Assembly (NCBI GenBank): GCA_963799845.1
Contig: CAWCYI010000004.1
Span: 768,001 to 832,000 of the forward strand
Source: an uncultured Nitrososphaerota archaeon
Lineage (GTDB): Archaea > Thermoproteota > Nitrososphaeria > Nitrososphaerales > CADDZS01
DNA: 64,000 bases
Direction: 5' to 3'
Position numbers and translations under genes: made by a program. Shown here in pieces: positions 55,195 through 64,000 of this stretch. The notes under the pieces were generated by a model. It worked only from the letters and a program-made list of their open reading frames with translations, ran no database searches and was not told the DNA's origin. Within the stretch, counting starts at the first letter, position 1; each line of letters begins with the position of its first letter.

Positions 55195-57504
55195 TTAGAG
55201 GTGCACGAAGAATTGACATACGAAAACAGTGATGATGCTGATTGCCACGAGGAACGTGGCGTGCTTGAACCCGTCAGAGACGTTGAGCTCACCCATCTTC
55301 CCGGCGACGAGTCCCATGATCCAAGCCTGGAAGATTGATGCGGTAAGAAGGACTCCCGTGGCAGCGTTCGTGACCGGAGAGACAAACGGAGCGTTGTTTC
55401 CGCCGGTCGCGATGGATAGACCGGAGCCCGCGAGAAGACTCACCATCAGCGCGGTCGTGACAACTACCAGGACTGCTCCGATGTATGGGACTATGATGTA
55501 GGGCCTTACCTGCGACTTTCTTTCACTATCTAGAATCCGGTTCTTTTCAGTGAACTCTGCAAGCGTTTCAAACATCTCGGGCGAGCCGCCCCCGACCTCG
55601 ACAACTTCCAGGAGGAGGAATGCCATCGCCTGCGTCAGCCAGCTGTGGACGGAATTTTTGAAGTTCTCAAGGACTCTCCTGATCGGAATCCCCCAGCTCA
55701 GTTGATGGGAGATCTTCTTGACGTGCACCGACAGACCATCATAATTCCGGTTTGCGAGCTGCTGAATTGTCCTCTCAGGTGCAAGGCCCGTCTTTCTTAC
55801 CTCGGAGATGTCACGCAGAAAATTCGATAGGCGTGACTCGACAGCTCTCTTTCTCCTACTGTGAATTATGCTGATCAGCATGGCGGGAGTGCTTATGATC
55901 ATCAGGGAGATGCCTAGCTGAAGATATTCGGGGATGCCCAGAGGCAGCAAGAAGAACAGAATGCCGACAGGTACGAACCCGAAGAACACGTAGTATGGTT
56001 TCTTGTCCATGAAGGGCTCCTTTATCTGGGCTCCGTCTATCACGGCGATGAAGGCGATTGAGATGGCAGGCACCAGGACAACTGAAAAGAGGAGAATCCA
56101 CGTTGGGCTGATCGACTGGGAGCTCTTTCCGATGAGGTTCTCCGTCAGGTAAATTATGAATAGCGAAACGCCGGTGACAACGGTCGCGATAATGTAACTC
56201 TCGGCAAGGGTTCCTATCATATCGGAGACGGACTTTGACTTGATTTCCCGATAGGCGAAAATCTCCCTGAGCTGAGCTTCGAGGTAACTCTGCACGTTCC
56301 CCCCCACTTTCAACACTGAAAGATATCCGCCGAGGAAATCGGCAAACTTGCGGTTGGGGTTGTTGTGGGCGGCCTTTTCCAGCGCGGAGATGGGGTCTTT
56401 GCCAAAGAGGTCAATATCCATGATGATTCGTCTTGCTTCTCTCGCGCCAGCGGGGAAGAGTTCCCCGACGCTAGCTATCCTCTTTATCGCCGTGAAGGGT
56501 GAGACTCCTCCCGACGCTAGAACCGTGATGTAGCCCACGAGGTAGGGGAGCTCGTTATCCAGAGCAGCGCTACGTGAATTTGCGTTGATTTTTGGCAGGT
56601 TGATCGCGAGGAGCGTAGGGAGGATGAGCAGAAGAGGTAAGAATAACGACTCTAGGAAATAGCCCATTGTATACATGAAGTACATCAGGATCGCAATGAC
56701 TGGGACCATAACGATCGTTACAAAGAAAGAGACTGAAATTATCCCCTCAGGAGTGGCGGAGAGGTTCGACCTTTGGATTTCCTCCCTCATGTTCGGAATC
56801 CTATCGGCGAGAAAGTTGGTGGGAGCTCGCGTGATCCTTATCGCAAATCTGAGGAGGTGCTCGAAGGGAGAAACATGCTGCTCCTTTGGCAGGCCGTAAG
56901 GTGATGGCCGCTGAGGAACTTTTTTCTTCTTTTCCTCTTCAACTTGGGTCTGTCTAAACATTTGCTCCTGTTCCGTCACGAGCTGCTGGCGCTGCGACGA
57001 TGTGGCCATTTCTCTCTGCAAAGGAGGAGGACCAATCGCAGGCTTTGATTTCGACATGATGGTATCCTGCTTCCGACCGTCAACTCGCTCGTCAAAGGAG
57101 GGGGACAGATAATACTTCAGTCCGAAGGCTACGATTGCGAACAGAACGACTGATACCCCGAGCCCGAGGAAGAAGAGTGCGAGGACACCGCCTGAGTCGC
57201 TGAAATTTATTCCGTAGCTCCAGGGAAAATAGGCCGTTACGCTATTAAGCGACTTGAACACTTCGAGGAAGTAAAAGTCGTAGACGAGAAGAGAAACGCC
57301 CGCAACCAGAACTAAAGTTATGACGATAGCTAAAATTAGAGCGAGGCGTCTTGGAAACCATGTTTTACTAAACACATTCCTATTACCGGCTCTACCATCT
57401 TCTTGGCCATCGCTTTCCGATATTGGGTCGTTTTGGCGAATGGAAGACGAGTTTCCGTCGTTGGTCTCCTTCCTTTGAAAAATGCGGTCGATGAGGTTTG
57501 TCAT
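55195..57504 (-). CDS. Type IV pilus platform protein (TadB/TadC, FlaJ-like; two T2SSF domains) with extra N-terminal TM region
   Basis: ELPYLVGYITVLASGG, FG.DPI.ALE, FLRDISEV.KTG..P, EVGGGSPE, GLVAGKM.E....GFKHA. Confidence 0.9.
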   Translation of the reverse strand: MTNLIDRIFQRKETNDGNSSSIRQNDPISESDGQEDGRAGNRNVFSKTWFPRRLALILAIVITLVLVAGVSLLVYDFYFLEVFKSLNSVTAYFPWSYGINFSDSGGVLALFFLGLGVSVVLFAIVAFGLKYYLSPSFDERVDGRKQDTIMSKSKPAIGPPPLQREMATSSQRQQLVTEQEQMFRQTQVEEEKKKKVPQRPSPYGLPKEQHVSPFEHLLRFAIRITRAPTNFLADRIPNMREEIQRSNLSATPEGIISVSFFVTIVMVPVIAILMYFMYTMGYFLESLFLPLLLILPTLLAINLPKINANSRSAALDNELPYLVGYITVLASGGVSPFTAIKRIASVGELFPAGAREARRIIMDIDLFGKDPISALEKAAHNNPNRKFADFLGGYLSVLKVGGNVQSYLEAQLREIFAYREIKSKSVSDMIGTLAESYIIATVVTGVSLFIIYLTENLIGKSSQSISPTWILLFSVVLVPAISIAFIAVIDGAQIKEPFMDKKPYYVFFGFVPVGILFFLLPLGIPEYLQLGISLMIISTPAMLISIIHSRRKRAVESRLSNFLRDISEVRKTGLAPERTIQQLANRNYDGLSVHVKKISHQLSWGIPIRRVLENFKNSVHSWLTQAMAFLLLEVVEVGGGSPEMFETLAEFTEKNRILDSERKSQVRPYIIVPYIGAVLVVVTTALMVSLLAGSGLSIATGGNNAPFVSPVTNAATGVLLTASIFQAWIMGLVAGKMGELNVSDGFKHATFLVAISIITVFVCQFFVHL

Positions 57505-57529
57505 GAGAAAATTAGGGCGTGCCTCCCAT

Positions 57530-59209
57530 CTAGCTAGAAGCGGGGGACCCCGGCGCTGATCCGTTTGCATTGATCTTGTCAAGAACACTCTGCGGGTCGT
57601 TGTGGTACTGCGAAAGGACGGTCGAAATATCGACGAAGTTTCGCATGTTTTTCGACACAAGGTATTCGAGCACCCGGGCCCTGTTCCTGATCTCGTCCAA
57701 GATCTGATCCATTGTCTTTCCTCGATCCTGGGCGAGCTGGCGGAGTTTCACGCTGTTCTGAAGGAAATTTTCAAATTTGTCGGTCTGAGGGTTCCACGTG
57801 AACGTCCTGACAAAGTTGTCCGCGTCAATTATCTCGTCTATCGAAATCAGGCGCCTTGCGATCTTCGGAGCATCCGGATTCGATGAGTTGGAGAGCAAAA
57901 CCCTCCTCACCGTGTAAACGAAGTCTAGAAATGGAATGAATGCCGGCGCAACGTCCATCGGTTTGGAGATAAGTCTCTGGAAAGCGGACTGGGTATCGTC
58001 CCCATGTATCGTCGCGAGACCGCCGTGGCCCGTTGACAGAGCCTGGAATAGTGCGTACGCTTCTTCACCACGAACCTCGCCCACAACCAGAACATCCGGA
58101 CGCATTCTCATGGCCGTCTTTACAAGACCGAATAGAGAAATTTCTCCGAAGCTTGTTTCGGTCAACCCGTAGCTCAACCGGGAGACCATCGGGGTCCAGT
58201 TGGTGTGATGAACGTTGATTTCTTGGACCTCCTCGATTGTCACTAGCTTCGATGTGGGATTGATCGTTGAGAGCAGAGAGTTGAGGAACGTGGTCTTGCC
58301 GGACGCGGTCGCCCCGACGACCAGGGCGGCCGCTCTGTTTTCTATTAGCAGCCACGAATATGCCCCTGCGAGGTAGTCGATCATGCCTAATTTGATCAGG
58401 TCGACGAATGTCATCGGGTCCTCGCGGAACTTTCGGATGGTAAACGATGAGCCAAGAGGCGTGACTTCGGTGCGAAACGTGACGGTTAACCTGTGCTTCC
58501 CGGGGAGAGTTGCGTCCACGATTGGAAACGCGGTACTGATGTGCTTGCCCGAGATGTGGACGAGCCTTACTACGGCATCGTCGAGTCTTTGGTCTCTTCC
58601 GAACACCAGATTTGTCTCGAGGTTTTCGTACTTGCGGTGGTAGATGAAGACGGGCCTCGCGGCCGAGTCAAGGGTAATGTCCTCTATGCTCGGGTCCCTC
58701 ATCATTGGGTCAAGGGCTCCGAAACCGACCATGTCCCTCTCAGCGTAGTAGAGAAGCTTGGCCCATGAGATTGGAGTCTTTGACTTCTTTGTTAGGCGGT
58801 AGCGGTTTGCAGTTCTCAGCGCCTGCTCCGAGAAATATTTTCTCAGGTTATCTCCAGCTTTGGGCGCTTCGATCTCGACCTCGAGTGCAGCAATGATTTT
58901 GGTGTAGAGGTCAGTCTCTTCGGGTGTCAGTGGAGTCTCTTCCACGAAGTACATCGGTAACCTCTTCTGGGGGTTTTCTGCGATCACGGCATAAGCAAAC
59001 GGCGCGAGTAGAGGGTACTTCTCAATCGTCCTAAAATTAGGCGGCATTCTCAAACCGATGAGAGGGCCCTCGATCTCTTCTTCGACAAGTCCTCTTGACC
59101 TCTTCTTGGTCTCTGGCTGTACAGTTAGGGCGCTTTGAGTTGTGGTAGTAGTCACTGAATTTGTTTTCACAGATCTTGAAAATGGATTTTGCATGGTTTC
59201 CTGATTCAC
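57530..59209 (-). CDS. Type IV pilus assembly ATPase (VirB11/FlaI/TadA family)
   Basis: DPSIEDI, FTIRKF, Walker A GATASGKTT, TIEE..E, RMRPD..VVGEVRG.EA, TGH...TIH. Confidence 0.95.
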   Translation of the reverse strand: MNQETMQNPFSRSVKTNSVTTTTTQSALTVQPETKKRSRGLVEEEIEGPLIGLRMPPNFRTIEKYPLLAPFAYAVIAENPQKRLPMYFVEETPLTPEETDLYTKIIAALEVEIEAPKAGDNLRKYFSEQALRTANRYRLTKKSKTPISWAKLLYYAERDMVGFGALDPMMRDPSIEDITLDSAARPVFIYHRKYENLETNLVFGRDQRLDDAVVRLVHISGKHISTAFPIVDATLPGKHRLTVTFRTEVTPLGSSFTIRKFREDPMTFVDLIKLGMIDYLAGAYSWLLIENRAAALVVGATASGKTTFLNSLLSTINPTSKLVTIEEVQEINVHHTNWTPMVSRLSYGLTETSFGEISLFGLVKTAMRMRPDVLVVGEVRGEEAYALFQALSTGHGGLATIHGDDTQSAFQRLISKPMDVAPAFIPFLDFVYTVRRVLLSNSSNPDAPKIARRLISIDEIIDADNFVRTFTWNPQTDKFENFLQNSVKLRQLAQDRGKTMDQILDEIRNRARVLEYLVSKNMRNFVDISTVLSQYHNDPQSVLDKINANGSAPGSPASS

Positions 59210-59224
59210 TTCGCTTTTTTTCGA

Positions 59225-61370
59225 TTAGGTGTAGGTGAATATGGCATAGGCGTAAATTGTCGTCCCGATGTATACGAGCACATAGTACGTTCCCGCCGCT
59301 CCAACCGTCGGGGCGGCAAAGGTTGCACCCGCTGGAATCGCTCCCGTCGCAGTCGAAGTAAAGCCTCCCGTTGCTCCGTTGCACGCTATGGTTGGGGGAG
59401 CTGCCGGTCCGCTCATGCAAACGGTGTACGCCGTACTCAGCTGCAAAGCCCGACCCGGAAAGGGCAACAGATCCACCAATCGTGTGTGAGTACGTTGCCG
59501 GGTTAATGTTGAGCGTCGGGGGAGGAATCGTGAATGTGTCGGCGACTATTGGGGCTTGTCCCGTTGGGTAAATCACGACATAGTATGTCCCATACGTTGT
59601 TGCAAAAATGCTCGGGACGGCAACGCCAGTTCCGGTTGGAATTGTGCCAGTAGTGCTTGACGTGAACGTCTGAGCGGTGGTGGCACAAGTAACTGTAGCT
59701 GATGTGCTACTGAGACAGAAGTTGTAAGCGATTGACTTCCCGTAGCCTATTCCCGACATCGTGATCGTAACCGGCGCTGAAGATTGTGTCGGATTAATCG
59801 TTAACGTTACAGTTACTTGGAAGGGATAGAACGCTGTAACTGTCGTTCCCGTGTACACTATGACATAATCATTCGCATATTGCGTTGCCGAGCCTACAGT
59901 GAAACTGACACCATTTGGTATTGATCCGCCGGTTGTTGTTGTAAAGGCACACGTTGAAGAAGGTGTACAACTTGTGGTGGCACCAGCAACGCATGAAACA
60001 GTCGTCGAACTGCTACTCAGACAGTAGCTGTAACTAGCAGGGCTCGGCTTGTAACCAATGCCTGAAGACAAATCAATAACAGTAAGGGGTGGTCCTGAAG
60101 TGGGGTCTATTGCCAGAGTTGGATTCGATTCGAACAGAGAAGAAATGTAAGGCAGATCTTGCCCGTAATTGGGGGGGCTGCTGCTGCTGCTAACGTAAGT
60201 CAGGCCGCTCACGACCGGGTTAGTGTACTCCCATCCGCTCGTCAATACAAATCCCGCCGTACTGAGGTAAGGAGTGCTGCTCTCTGCTGAAGAGGGAGGC
60301 GTTTGTATCTGGCTACCCAAGGTGGAGCTGAGAGTTTGACAGTTAGAAGTTGGTGGGTTCTGACCTGCCCCGTACGAATCGACGACGCAACTATTGGCAG
60401 CAAAATAGATCGTAGTGGGCACATTGTAGGCTAATGGAATGGGTGTGTATTGATTCAGGATTTGCGTCGTCACGCCGCTTGATGAAGTGCTGACTATGTA
60501 CCAGGGTATGAACGCTGCGGGAGTGCTTCCGCTTTCCGCACCCGAAAGTGACGTTGGCGCTTGGTAGAGTACTGTGAACTGATCGAGAACTATTGACTTC
60601 TGATTAGGATTCAAATCGGTAACTTGGACGGAGAACGCTATGGGCCCTGCCTGGCAGAGACCTTCGGGATCGTCTGAGTCATAGTCTCCACAGCCCTGAT
60701 CATCACCAGAAGGAGGTTTCACTACCACTTTGGTAATAGGGATAATTGAAGCACTGGCTCCGAGCGATGGAAAACAGTATCCAGAATTCCCAGAACCTGA
60801 TAAACAACCCGAGGTTACCACACTATAGTAGTCGTAGCTGCTGAAATTCATCAAGAGGTCTCCAACCGTGCCAGCCACAACGGCCTGAGGTACCACAGTT
60901 GTCGTCGGATAGATAATCTCGTCAACAGTTCCAAGACTGGATATCGCTTTTATCCAAACCGTATAGATCGAGCTACTGCTGGCGTAGGTGAAACATGCTC
61001 CACCACATGGTACGTTTGCAGTTCCACTAGGGTTTATACCGACAGCTGGTGAGATCGCATCAGTCTGCAAAACAGTGTTGGTTGACTCGTTTCCGACGAC
61101 AATTTCCACTATGCTAATCGAGGTAGGGCCTGTATCTGTAACGTTCGCCGTCAATTTGGTTGAGCTTAGGTTTCCGGCAACTGTGAAAGACTCCTCGGCT
61201 GCCTGCAGATTCAATAGTGCTCTTTGGTTTGTGGCCTGCTCGGTAAACGTGAAGTAAGTTGCGATTGTAGAAAATATAATCGCAAAAATGATGACGCCAC
61301 CAATGATAGTTGATACCGCTTTCTTTTTTCTGGAAGTTCTGCCTAAATTCTTCATTAATTTTTTTAACAA
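59225..61370 (-). CDS. Large minor pilin/adhesin with three C-terminal Ig-like repeats; one-base frameshift at ~59438
   Basis: RKKKA|VSTIIGGVII class III signal; 59225-59479 frame completes the third repeat. Confidence 0.8.
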
Positions 61371-61379
61371 GTTTTATTT

Positions 61380-61916
61380 TCAACCAGTTACTTGATAGTC
61401 ATAGTTTGTACCATACTGCCCGGTCACTACGACTGAGACAATTGTCCCCTTTGCCACTCCACTGCTGCAGCTACCTGAGGAGGTATAAGTAGCTCCACTG
61501 AGGCTGCCAGAGACACCAGTCAGAGATATAGATTGCAATGAGTTAAGCGTCCCAGCGCTAAGCGTCCATTGAGGGGCGGAGCCGGTCACTGAAATCGTGC
61601 ATGTCCCATACGTGATTAGGATCGCTGCAGCTATCGTGTTTTTCTGTCCGCTGTTGAACACGTACAACGTTATCGCACTCCACGGCGCGGTTCCACCCGA
61701 AAAAGTAGAGGCAACGATCTCAAATTTTTCGGCAGTCACGTTGAAGTAACTATTTTCCGAACTTAGGGCGTTCGAGTTAGCCCAGACCCAAGCGACCGAC
61801 CCGATAACAACCGTTATGGCGACAAGAACAATCGTCGCTATGACTTCGCTGATTGCAGATCTATTTCTGCGCCTGCGGACTCTTAGTTTCTTTGGCTGCG
61901 TCATTGTGGGTATCAT
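61380..61916 (-). CDS. Archaeal type IV pilin
   Basis: RRRRNRSA|ISEVIATIVLVAITVV. Confidence 0.9.
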   Translation of the reverse strand: MIPTMTQPKKLRVRRRRNRSAISEVIATIVLVAITVVIGSVAWVWANSNALSSENSYFNVTAEKFEIVASTFSGGTAPWSAITLYVFNSGQKNTIAAAILITYGTCTISVTGSAPQWTLSAGTLNSLQSISLTGVSGSLSGATYTSSGSCSSGVAKGTIVSVVVTGQYGTNYDYQVTG

Positions 61917-61944
61917 TTATCCTGGCAAACTTTCGTTTCGCTTG

Positions 61945-61992
61945 AGAGAGGAGAAAAGAAAAAAGGGGGGAGTCGCTTAATTTTTGAAAAAT
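61945..61992 (-). terminator. Oligo-T/pyrimidine tract after the first pilin gene
   Basis: Minus strand has a C-run followed by T-rich tracts just after the stop, typical of archaeal intrinsic terminators. Confidence 0.5.
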
Positions 61993-62391
61993 CTAAACGG
62001 CGACTGCTACACCGGTGATGGCTTGTCCGTTCGACAGTGTGATGTCGAAGTTGTAGTTATTTCCTGAAGTTACGGCTGTACCTACAGTGCACGTTCCTGA
62101 ATATACACCCGTAAATGCTGCGTAGGTGCCAGTACATGCTCCGTTTACAGTGACAAGACTTACAGTCACTTGAGAGCTGGCCGGATTATCCAAGGAAAAG
62201 GCGAATGTAGTAGGTGCTGTCAGGGTTGCTGACTTCAATGATACCGTGTTGGCATTGGCGCTGAACAGACCGAACGCGAACACACCAACCACGAGTGCCA
62301 GTACTAGGGCAACCGCGATGAGTATGATCGTAGCGATGACCGGACTGATTCCTTTCTTCTTTCGTTGTCTCAGACGTGAGATGGAAACCAT
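61993..62391 (-). CDS. Archaeal type IV pilin, probable major pilin
   Basis: RQRKKKG|ISPVIATIILIAVAL; smallest pilin, first in operon, followed by a terminator. Confidence 0.9.
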   Translation of the reverse strand: MVSISRLRQRKKKGISPVIATIILIAVALVLALVVGVFAFGLFSANANTVSLKSATLTAPTTFAFSLDNPASSQVTVSLVTVNGACTGTYAAFTGVYSGTCTVGTAVTSGNNYNFDITLSNGQAITGVAVAV

Positions 62392-62434
62392 AGGCGCCTA
62401 AATCTAGATCTGGAATCCTTAAACCTTCCGATGC

Positions 62435-62458
62435 ATATCTATCGGCATACGATATATT
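62435..62458. promoter_or_regulatory. Candidate operator ATATCTATCG-N5-CGATATATT upstream of the pilus operon
   Basis: Matches 54582-54605; lies just upstream of a minus-strand TTTAAG TATA-like box about 30 bp before the pilin ATG. Confidence 0.7.
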
Positions 62459-62657
62459 TGTTGGAGGTTTCCTCTTTTGGCGAAATAGTTATGCACTAGA
62501 ATTCGCTTAGAGGTGCTATTCATTTATTTCCGGATTCGTGTATCTAAAAGCGTCATATCGCGAATAAATAGGGAAGAATCTGAATTCCGATTCCATATTG
62601 GCTCTCTTGATCGGAGATAATGCTTCTTTGATTCGCACGATAAGGAAATCGAATAAT

Positions 62658-64000
62658 ATGAAAACTAAGATCGAATCTTCACAGAGGATTAAGGTCTCGG
62701 CTCGCAGAAGGAATGCAGCTGTTTTCGTTATCTTTATTTTTGCCTTGTCGACGTTGATTGCCCTAATTGGATTCCCACTCTTCAGCTAGTAGTGCGTCAG
62801 CACCTTCTGCCCCCTTCAACGAGGGCATCAGCCTACTTGCGAGACCTCCAATCCTCCCTGCGGATGGCGGCGTATATTCGTCTCTAGTTTTGCAGTTTGA
62901 AAATACTACATCTTCTGTACCTATTATTCCGAGTGTGAACATAACCGTGCAGCTGACATCTTCTAGTCCACAGACGGGGACAGTCCCTCCGAGCGTTCTG
63001 TTCCCTGCTGGACAGACATTCATCACCGTTCCATTCAAGACGACAACGTCACCAGGAAGTACCACGGTAAGCGCATTTGCCAGCGGATACGAACCCGCAA
63101 ACTTGATTGTTAATACTCAGGAGCTTGGCGGAATCCCGGTCGCGCTTAATGTTTCTGTTACCCCCAATCAGATTCCTCCAGACAAAAGTTTCCAAGCGAG
63201 TGTAGTTGTTCAAGCCAGAGATTCGTTTGGAAATCCTGTGAAATTGGCTTCCAACCTGGTCGTGACACTGTCATCCTCAAATTCCCAGATAGGAAGTGTT
63301 CCCAGCTCGCTGACAATTCCGGCGGGTCAGAGCTTTGCCACGACCACATTTTCACCGAGTTTTCTCGCCGGGAATTCGGTGGTGACAGCCTCAGCATCCG
63401 GCTATCTTTCGGGTTCGGCATCAGTGTCTACCGTAGGTCCGGTACCGCGCCGATTGGTGATATCTATAGCACCCGCCCTCTTGTCCGATGCCAAGGGCAC
63501 CAATGCAACAATGTCTATTCAACTTCAGGACAATAACAGCCAGACGCCGGCTCTCGCCGCTTCTCCCGTCAACGTCGTTGTCACATCGAGCAACGATAGT
63601 GTGGTCCAACCGGAAAACACAGTTGTTACCATCCCCGCTGGTTCAACGTATGCCACGACAACTTTGGTCTCAGAGGGCGATGCCGGTTTTGCAAACGTAA
63701 CCGCGTCCGCCCAGGGATTCGTGAAGGGGTCAGCGCTTGTGACCACGAGCGCGCCCGGTAAAAAACCCAACAGCCTAGTCTATCTATTTTGTTCCCAATA
63801 CTCTGCTCCCAAATGACCGGAGTTACAACGGTACTGTCGTTGTCGAACAGCAGGAAGCGTTTTCAAACGGAAGCGTCATCCCCGCGGTGTCTACTAACTC
63901 TACTTCAATTTACGCAAGGTCATCGGACAACGCAACGATGCAGGTCAGCGGCGCGACGATGAATATCACTGCAGGATCCACCTACGTATCGATGGATGTG
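62658..64000 (+). CDS. Large secreted Ig-like repeat protein, runs off window; one-base frameshifts at ~62784 and ~63779
   Basis: Signal peptide in the 62598-62789 frame; repeats P..LP.D....VVQ.....P.......V.L.SS....G.VP....IPAG; frame resumes IYFVPNTLLPND. Confidence 0.75.

Noticed and set aside
59037-59224. C-terminal extension of the 777-aa ORF overlapping the ATPase start
   Set aside because: Artefact of the ~59438 frameshift; the corrected protein stops at 59225.
1-64000. tRNA, rRNA, provirus or integrase-bounded island
   Set aside because: No such sequences, viral hallmark genes or att-like repeats were recognised by eye; a tRNAscan/Infernal run would be needed to exclude small RNAs.

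Overview
Archaeal chromosomal window, most likely Nitrososphaerota/TACK, judged from class III prepilins, a FlaI/FlaJ-type pilus motor, single-domain KaiC ATPases, DUF835, archaeal wHTH/Lrp regulators and frequent TTG starts. 1-15.4 kb holds an IS481 end, tandem Lrp/AsnC genes, small stress genes, a sulfur-carrier cysteine module (CysM, JAB peptidase, Ubl-MoeB-rhodanese fusion), csaA, tag, a canonical ftsZ and two wHTH regulators. 15.6-23 kb is a signalling island with three KaiC-like ATPases, a UbiA prenyltransferase, a polyprenyl synthase, a 7TM-DUF835 receptor-like protein and a double-HTH regulator. 23-62.4 kb is surface machinery, nearly all on the minus strand: six prepilins (three of them large adhesin-pilins), a pilus ATPase and platform protein, and a ~16 kb (~5,350 aa) repeat adhesin, interrupted by a toxin-antitoxin island with mostly decayed toxins. 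Signals not in the ORF track include a 24-bp operator shared by the pilus operon and the giant adhesin, a dispersed degenerate intergenic repeat, a small C-x20-H-x20-CxxC protein family, and apparent frameshifts that mostly fall at AGCT sites (probably methylation-linked sequencing errors). Family assignments come from motif recognition by eye; no searches were run.
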